Under the pieces are notes generated by a model that had not been told where the DNA came from, did no database searches, and saw nothing but the letters and a program-made list of their open reading frames with translations. A stretch of 64,000 nt of DNA, from contig OZ320318.1 of the NCBI GenBank assembly GCA_976226885.1, positions 26,598,001-26,662,000 of the forward strand, in the 5' to 3' direction. Origin of the DNA: Iphione sp. A-MEVVRFRX5. Its lineage: Eukaryota. Positions 56,853 through 64,000 of the stretch are shown here, piece by piece; position 1 is the stretch's first letter; each line of letters starts with the position of its first letter. The translations under genes and the position numbers were made by a program.

Positions 56853-59800
56853 CTGTGTAAGTAAGAAGGCGGGTTTTAAGTTCACCTCTGAGGGAACCCC
56901 AAAATACAAACATTTTAACACAACTTTTTGTGGTTAGTAGTCACCACAATGAATATCCGCATTTAAATGTTACATGATTTTTATGTATAAGAAAACCATC
57001 CTACCCGGTCGCTCCAGATTTATTCTGGAGGTTTAAATCACCACAATCGAAATTTGAATGACACTTAATTATGGTGATCCGAAATGGAGCCAAGCCGGGA
57101 GGGGGGGGGCGGCGAATTTTGATACTTGACCCAAAAAATTCAAGTACCTTGCAAATATATCAGTGGTAGCGACAAAAAAGGAAATAGTTTTCAAATGAAC
57201 TCTTAACGTTTGCGTGAAGAGACTGGTATTTGAGCATCCAGCACGCGTGTATATCAGTAGTTGTCTCAGCCTGACGTGCGTTTTCCACATAAGGATTGAG
57301 CTTGCGATAAAATCTTCATCATTGACAACTGTGGACTCATTTAAATCTTGGCAACTTTGAAATTACACGTTCGACATAGTTGCGTATGAAGAAACCGTGC
57401 AAACTTTTCACTGGTGGGTTGGAATCGTCAATATTGTCATTACCTCGGCGCGTTCATTCTTTGGCACTCACCTTAAGCTTGGCGTCGGTGAGGAGGGTGG
57501 CTGGTCGAGGACGCCAAACCAACTGACAGAAGCGCTCCATTGGCTGCTTTGTTTGTAGTTTGCCCTACAAATTGAATTGATCATGATATAAAAATATACT
57601 GTAGTAGCATTCGATGGTGATACATACAGACTCTTCCTAACTTGCTTTGTTGCCTACTCAACAGGTAATATAAGTCATGAGAAATGCAGTCGTTGAAGGG
57701 ATTTTTTCGGTCTTCATGTGGTAATCACTGGCCTAGCTACAATAAGAGTCGGTGGTGATGCCATGAGCCAGCCCATCGCAAAGTAAGGGGGAAAGATCTG
57801 GTTCTTGAGGATATGGTAAGCTGTTTCTAGGTTGTGAGATACTTTTTATCCGTCTACCAGCTGTCAACACTGCGACAGAAGAAATACTATATACTTGAAG
57901 GGACACAATCTTCACAGTACATAAGGCGATCAGTTGACACTAGTCTGTATTATGAAGCTGCTGCTAACGGGGACGGGAGAACTCACCTGGAAGTTCCAGA
58001 TCCAGTAGGCGTTGTCCACCTTGTGGCCCCACCAGCTGACGGCTGTGGCCACGAAGCGCCCGGTCGGGTCCCACTCCACATCGGTGGCCATGAAGTGCTC
58101 GGCTGAGGTCATCAGTGTCATGTCTGTCGTGTCCCAGAACTCGAGCACACCAGACATACTGCAGGCCAAAAAGAATGGGAACCTACTGTAACACTTTGGG
58201 CATGGCAGAGTGCTAGTCACCGTTAACCAGGGAAAATATGCATGTGTATTTACAATATGAATGAAGCGAGTGACAAGTGTGTGGGGGGCTGCTTTCATCA
58301 TTTACCATATACAAGGGCATGAACCTCTTCTTTTGGACTAACTACGGTAGGGTGCATGGCTATGTACGGAGTGTGGAAGGCAGAACATAAGAGTATTTGG
58401 TACGGAACAGTGATGGGTCCTCTACAGGCTTATGAATTGATGTACATAAGGAGGCTACCTCCTGGAGGACCTAATGTCGATTGTCATTTGTTACTTCAGT
58501 ATTAAAGATCTTTCTAACCAACGTGCTGAGTATGTACTTATTTGAGGAGTGGGCACACCACTACTCAACCAGGAGATGACCGGAGAAGTCTCACCTGCGA
58601 AGGCCGGCCAGCACTATGAACTGTCCTCGAGGACACCAGAAAAGATGGTTTGCCTGCCTCTTGTCGAGCGTTTCTGAAATGTGAAAATCACAAAATCTTG
58701 CTGAGCCTTCAAAATTCGGTATCAAATATTGGACAGTGTTAAATGATCGGATTCCATCAGCCCATGTGACCAGACAGACAACGTAAGGAAGTACTAAACC
58801 AGCATCGTCAACACGTTAATGCCAGCACTAAATATGACTTTCATTGTAGAGAGTTTGTGATTTAAGATATTTTACTCACTGATAATTTCCACGGCGCCTC
58901 CTTTCTTGACGACATAGAAGCTGACCGATATACGTGGTGCCTCCCCATGAATGAAGGCGAACTTATGTCCTACGGGTTCCCATGCGAATGCAATGACGGA
59001 TTCTGCAAGACAAAAACAATTGTATTTATCTTTACTAAGCATCAAAGGTATTAGGATGCGGTGTTACTGATTCTTCTACCTAGCCTTACACATTCAGTTT
59101 ACAAAGATCTGTACTTAGTTCTCCTTTAAAGAAGAGAGGTCTATTAGGACTGTCGTGAATGCAAACTGGATACTAATTCACATGAGAAAAGACTCACCTT
59201 TAACTTCTACAATATCAACCGGTATCTGCTTCTCTCTTATTCTAAAAACGTTGAAATTATGGAAGATACCCTGGAAAAAAAAACCAGAAATTTCATGAAA
59301 GCATTCTAAGGCTGATATAGCCGCTTCACTTGCTAAGATCAAATTAGTATAACACAATTGCATATGAGAGACTATTTAGGATAACAATAAGTAAAAACAA
59401 CGGAAAGGAAGCTTCCCAACCACTAGCTATACTCACGCTGTATTTTAACTGGCCGTCCTTCTCCTCCTTTTTCGACTTGTAGCGGTCAACTTTGACGCAC
59501 AGGTAGTCGCCGGCCTTCTGCCAGTGCATCTTACAGTCGCAGACGGTGAAGAGGTTCTTGACGTTGAGGATGTTCCGGGAAGGCACCTCGATCAGCGTCA
59601 CACGCGCGGGCGTGTCGCGCTCCTCGGGCGTCCAGTAGGAAATGATGTTGTCAGTGGGCGACCACGAGAACTCCCTGCAGGGGGCGAGACGAGACAAGAC
59701 CAAGTGTGGGTTAGCAGGGGCTGGTCATACACCGAACACTAACTGCTGTGTGAATGAAATGAGTCCTTCAATAATAGATTAAATACGACGTTTCGGCGCA

Positions 59801-62800
59801 GGCAGGAATCGACTGAAATTTGACCGGCACTAGAGAAACAAGTCAACACTCTATGGTTACTTTGTGAAATTGGTACTTTTTGTTGCTCATCCCATACTCG
59901 GCGTTACATAAATGTGAGGACTGGTGAGCCTTTATTAGTTTGCTAACAACACTGTTATAGTTCACCTTACAACTGTCCTTGTCTCAGATTAGTCGTTTCC
60001 TCATGTCTTTTTTTATATTTCAGACAGGGATAACTTTGTCACATCATAGACAGCGGCATATGTTTCTACATGTGACAGACACAGCCGTGGACATGATACA
60101 AATTCAGATTACACATTCACTTACTTGAGTCCCTTGATCTTGACACTCTTCTTATCCAATAAACCAAAGGAGGGAGTCTCATAAATGCTCAGCGTGTCCG
60201 GTCCAAGACGGGCGAGGTAACGTCCATCGTGATTCCACCTGTTGGCAGAAGTCGTGAAGTCATTATAAAACTACGTGAAAATTTAAACACCCGCAGGTCA
60301 CGTTTTCAAACAACAGTAACACCAAGTGCAGAAAAAATATTCTGCAGTCATTTTTCTCCTTTGTCGTATTTCATTTTTGTTTAAGCCTTGTCAAATTATA
60401 TGGAACTTACATGCCTTTCAACTATTTTCTTGGAAATAAAATATATATTGCAAGCCAAATCAGAAAGTTTTGCCCAGTTAACAGTCTTATCACTATCAAA
60501 TAGTTGTGGTGTACATTACATTGTGCACTTTCATTTCTTAAATTACACTGGCAAGAGTTACACCAGCATAAAACAAGCCTTGTGTAGGTGATCAACGTAA
60601 TAATGGATTTGTGAGAGCTTTTCTTCCCTTACTTGAATATGGGCCACATGGAGGCATTCTCACAGTGGAAGCCTCGCTTCTTCTGGCCAGTGCGGATGTC
60701 CCAAACAATGATGGCCTGTGGATCGTCTTTGTTATCTGGCAGGGGGCTGAACGTCACCATGTAGCGCTCGCAAGGTGAGAAGTCAATAAGCTGCACACCG
60801 ATGTGGCTGAAGCGCACGATCTGGTGAAACTTCTCGCCACCCCACAAGGCAATACCTTTGCTGTGGAAGGTGGCAAGGTAGGTGCCCTGCGGTGACCAGC
60901 AAACATAGGTCTCTGTCCAAAGCTGAAAATGCAACAGAATGTAACTTTAGGACAGTATGAAGGCTAACAAAAGCTTCTCATATATGTACAATGTATAGGC
61001 AAAACGTGGGTTAGCTGCCTTTTCCCTTATGGCGACGGAGTATGTGTCTCTATATATGTACAATGTATTGCTTTTCCGAGTTTTCGTGAGCTGCATACAA
61101 TTACTATGGGGCGACTGTCAAAGTTCCCTTTGTTTGTTTCAGAACTTGTTCAAGTCAGCCCCATCATTAGCACACATCTGCATGTGTAATGCATACTTAT
61201 GTGCATGTATACATGTATTGTAAATATACTAGGTTTGACTGCTCACGTTACCTTTCTCTCTTTCACCAGAGTGGGCTCCCCGTGCGAGTTCAGCATGACA
61301 GCAGTGCTCTCTCCTCCTTCATAGATGACACTGTACTGATCATAGCAGTGAGGATCTTGCAGCCACTTTCTCAGATCGCCCTGTCATGGTTTACGGGAAA
61401 TGAGTTAATGGTATGAGGATATGGCTGGTCTGGCAGAGGAGGTTCTCAGATAGACCCAACTTGGAAATGGCGCATTAGTTCAAGGTATTGGGGGGGGGGG
61501 GGGAGGGGAGACCTCAAGATTTAAAGGTTGTCTATATTAATCCTATCTCAAAAGAATGACCATAAGTGTTACATTAATATAATCTCAAAGGAATGACCAT
61601 AAATGTTACATTAAACTAGCCAATGAGTTTTTTTAATAGTTAATTTAAGCAGATTCAACAATACGAGCGGTAAATCTGAGATGCGCCTTACTGGATTGGG
61701 ATTTATACTTACGTGGTCGACATAATCTTGCATTTTTGGTGGTTCCCATTCTTCAGAAACATTTGCATACCTATTAAAATATGAAAGCAGTGTTGTTTAT
61801 TTACAAAATAGTAAATATATATAAGGAAAGTTCAGATGAAGAAATAAGTAATTCTGAACAATATGTTCATATTCAAATGAACGTGTCAAGACATCTGAAA
61901 GAGATTACTTCTTTACATTTAAACGCTCCATCAAGACTCCTCCAACATGTTTGAATAAATAAAATAAATGATATTATGTCTGTTTTAATAAGTAGGGTAA
62001 CTATCATGAAAATTGTCTCAGTAAAGATATCTGTCCACACATTATATTTGTTTTCAGACAGGGATAACTTGTTACATCACAGACACAATACTTATTTTTA
62101 CATGCTAGATAAAGTCCAAATGTATTAGAATACTCTAATTACTTGTTCCAGCATAAATTTGGTTCTTCATGGTTCACGCTGCGAACAGGATGTTTGCCCA
62201 TAATGCACTAGCAGGACTGCAAATTTCTACCAAAACCAAATTTAGCCACCACTGATTCAAAATCAAATCATATCTCAGCTTGTCTGTTATTTGTGGCGCT
62301 AGTTTGGCGATTGTGTAGGTTGGATGTCAAGTCTCAAATAAATTATATGTATGCCTATTCGGCTGTAAAATGTTGATAAATGATGGTCACGCACGTTTAA
62401 CTAAAACATGTGACATTTCATTTTGTTTCAATTTTGAAACGAGTTGTCAGGAACTGATGTATGGCGCAAACAAAGTAGCGACTTTGGGTAAATAGTTACA
62501 ATGGGAGGAAAAATATCCAAATGAGCAATCTGTTCTTGCACAGGTATACCCATGTTTTCACTGGAAAAGCTGTCTCAGTTTAGATTTCTGTCCACATATT
62601 CTTCTTTCAGACAGGGATAACTTGTTACATCACGGACAGGCAATATTTTAATCCAACCAAAATCGTATAAAAATGCTTAGGACTCTTTGCACGACCAAAC
62701 TAAACTAAATCTGCCCTGTCGCTTGTGAAATAGCCAAATGCTGACCAATTTAGCAACATTCTAATCTGCTTTATCTATTTTACATCAATGTCAGCTACAT

Positions 62801-63519
62801 AACCCTGCTCAAAATTACGGAAAGAAAATTAAGTTAAGATTTCCCGTACAAAACAAATATGTTGCATCAGCCAAGTTACTAATAGGTACCTTCTTAAAAG
62901 ATATTTTCATGCCAAAATGCTGCTCACTCAATGATGCAACCAACTTGTCGTCTCAGTATCAAACTTTTCCACACATCATTTTCAGACAGGGATAACTCCA
63001 ACTACATCATAGACGACTAAAGAGTCCACCAAGATTACTCTACTTACTTGTCAAAGTCTGTCAGAAGGTTGACAATAAATGTGTGTTGTCTGTCTAGTTT
63101 GTAGCCGTTTGTTGCTGCTACAGCCTCTGCTGCATCCGATGAATTCTGGTACTCAAGAAAGATGTACCTGAAAGATTTTGTGTAAAGAAAGACATTGTGA
63201 AATAGAGTTGTCCGCAGGGGATATCATATAGAACATTCACTGTATATTATGGAAATCAGTTTGATTTCCTTTCCATTTGGTGTAACCGCAACCGGTTCAG
63301 CGTAATCAAGTTGGCGAACTCACCCTTTGGTCTTGCCATTTTCCGTCTTTGGATAATGTTCCGTTTGAATTTTCCCAAATTTGCTGAAGATCTTGCGGAT
63401 AATGTTTTGGAGCTTTTCAAGACGCTCCTCGCCGACGACTGGTACATTGTCGACGACGACTACGGAGTCAATTCCATCTGTTTCGCTGGGTTTCTTCTTC
63501 AGAAGGTCACCAAGGAGCT
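56571..63519 (-). CDS. EIF3B: Eukaryotic translation initiation factor 3 subunit B, 5'-partial multi-exon CDS (13 exons, about 654 aa visible)
   Basis: Exons 63324-63519, 63048-63167, 61713-61770, 61252-61380, 60633-60922, 60125-60238, 59437-59674, 59198-59270, 58880-59002, 58595-58673, 57987-58158, 57472-57564 and 56571-56852. All have GT-AG boundaries with compatible phases (1967 nt in total, ending in TAG). The translation matches the eIF3b RRM ([31 protein letters not shown]), the beta-propeller ([39 protein letters not shown]) and the C-terminal helix. Confidence 0.98.
57259..57330 (-). ncRNA. Box C/D snoRNA with a D-box guide to LSU rRNA CCUGACGUGC (snR72-like target)
   Basis: 7-bp terminal stem AGTTGTC/GACAACT; canonical box C ATGATGA (57322-57316); putative D' CTCA and C' ATGTGGA; guide GCACGTCAGG (57279-57270) abutting box D CTGA (57269-57266); lies in intron 56853-57471. 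Confidence 0.85.
57472..57564 (-). CDS. EIF3B: eIF3b exon
   Basis: [31 protein letters not shown]; ttgtag acceptor and gtgagt donor. Confidence 0.96.
57987..58158 (-). CDS. EIF3B: eIF3b exon
   Basis: [57 protein letters not shown]; ctgcag acceptor and gtgagt donor. Confidence 0.97.
58595..58673 (-). CDS. EIF3B: eIF3b exon
   Basis: [25 protein letters not shown]; tttcag acceptor and gtgaga donor. Confidence 0.96.
58880..59002 (-). CDS. EIF3B: eIF3b exon
   Basis: [40 protein letters not shown]; ttgcag acceptor and gtgagt donor. Confidence 0.96.
59198..59270 (-). CDS. EIF3B: eIF3b exon
   Basis: [24 protein letters not shown]; ttccag acceptor and gtgagt donor. Confidence 0.95.
59437..59674 (-). 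CDS. EIF3B: eIF3b exon
   Basis: [27 protein letters not shown]...[19 protein letters not shown]...KYS; ctgcag acceptor and gtgagt donor. Confidence 0.97.
59980..60052 (-). ncRNA. SNORD1: Box C/D snoRNA, snR38/SNORD1 family (copy 4)
   Basis: TGTCT/AGACA stem; box C ATGATGT (60047-60041); guide AGTTATCCCTGT (60035-60024) plus D' CTGA; C' ATGAGGA; box D CTGA (59987-59984); only snoRNA I found in intron 59675-60124. Confidence 0.9.
60125..60238 (-). CDS. EIF3B: eIF3b exon
   Basis: [37 protein letters not shown]; cag acceptor and gtaagt donor. Confidence 0.96.
60633..60922 (-). CDS. EIF3B: eIF3b exon (beta-propeller)
   Basis: [32 protein letters not shown]...[16 protein letters not shown]; ttttcag acceptor and gtaagg donor. 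Confidence 0.97.
61252..61380 (-). CDS. EIF3B: eIF3b exon
   Basis: [43 protein letters not shown] with AG/GT boundaries. Confidence 0.95.
61545..61614. repeat. Tandem duplication of a 33-nt unit in an eIF3b intron
   Basis: ATCTCAAAAGAATGACCATAAGTGTTACATTAA at 61545, repeated with 2 mismatches at 61582. Confidence 0.85.
61713..61770 (-). CDS. EIF3B: eIF3b exon
   Basis: ttttaatag acceptor; [19 protein letters not shown]; |gtaagt donor; bridges phase 2 to phase 0. Confidence 0.93.
62014..62085 (-). ncRNA. SNORD1: Box C/D snoRNA, snR38/SNORD1 family (copy 3)
   Basis: TGTCT/AGACA stem; box C GTGATGT (62080-62074); guide AGTTATCCCTGT (62069-62058) plus D' CTGA; box D CTGA (62021-62018). Confidence 0.88.
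62571..62638 (-). ncRNA. SNORD1: Box C/D snoRNA, snR38/SNORD1 family (copy 2)
   Basis: TGTC/GACA stem; box C GTGATGT (62633-62627); guide AGTTATCCCTGT (62622-62611) plus D' CTGA; box D CTGA (62578-62575). Confidence 0.86.
62947..63017 (-). ncRNA. SNORD1: Box C/D snoRNA, snR38/SNORD1 family (copy 1)
   Basis: 7-bp terminal stem GTCGTCT/AGACGAC; box C ATGATGT (63010-63004); guide AGTTATCCCTGT (62997-62986) directly before D' CTGA; box D CTGA (62956-62953). The guide is complementary to the conserved LSU rRNA sequence ACAGGGAUAACU. Confidence 0.92.
63048..63167 (-). CDS. EIF3B: eIF3b exon (RRM C-terminal half)
   Basis: tttcag acceptor; [39 protein letters not shown]; AA|gtaagt donor. Confidence 0.96.
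63324..63519 (-). CDS. EIF3B: eIF3b exon (RRM N-terminal half)
   Basis: tgtag acceptor; [66 protein letters not shown]; GG|gtgag donor. Confidence 0.97.
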
Positions 63520-64000
63520 CTACAGTGTACAAAATTAAAGACAGATATTAATGATATTGTGCGGTTATACACTTCAACTCAATCATATGTCTACCTTGCT
63601 TTCAGTACAATATTGCGCGCGTTTCAGCGGGATGAAGCGCCATACACAAAGCAAACATTGGTCTATCAGTAGTTATCTCCCAGTGATCCTACAGAATCTC
63701 TAATGTGAGGCAGGATTCCGAAGCAGAATTACACGTGCATAGTTTAACAATCAATTTATAGGCTTGCAAGCACGGAACACGCTCCCACCCTTGCCAATCA
63801 GACGTGTCAAACTTGACACGCAACTACATGTAGTGACAGTGACAGATGTTAAGCAATTTGAATGGGTTGCTTGAAAAATCATGTGTCAGATATACACAAA
63901 TGTACTAGCAAAATACTTCCGCAATTACTGTTCTCACATTGCAGATATTCTATAGCGCGCACGGCAGCTGGAATTAAAATTTCCCCGCCGGACACCAATG

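Noticed and set aside
56458-56913. Alternative-frame and antisense ORFs over the last eIF3b exon
   Set aside because: Shadow ORFs caused by the GC-rich codon usage of the real exon.
58290-58305. Isolated box C-like ATGATGA in eIF3b intron 58159-58594
   Set aside because: No downstream CTGA with a terminal stem and no guide sequence.

Overview
Animal genomic DNA with spliceosomal introns and an assembly gap at 48840-48974. The composition and repeat content resemble a lancelet or other invertebrate deuterostome (inference). The only confidently recognisable protein gene is eIF3b, on the minus strand: 13 phase-compatible coding exons from 63519 to the stop at 56571, with the N-terminal exon(s) outside the window. 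The main hidden signal is in its introns: five box C/D snoRNAs. Four are copies of a snR38/SNORD1-type guide against the large-subunit rRNA peptidyl-transferase centre, and three of them share one intron. One of those three lies beside a duplicated splice donor that could define a poison exon. The fifth guide points to the position equivalent to yeast 25S Am876 (snR72). Bases 1-56000 are mostly repeat-derived. They hold one near-intact and two decayed CR1/L2-like LINEs, several MITEs, a tRNA-derived SINE head, a candidate solo LTR and microsatellites. There is also an unidentified three-exon minus-strand reading frame near 17 kb and some GC-rich decayed coding-like islands that I could not identify. 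All rRNA and protein comparisons are from memory of conserved sequences, not from database searches.
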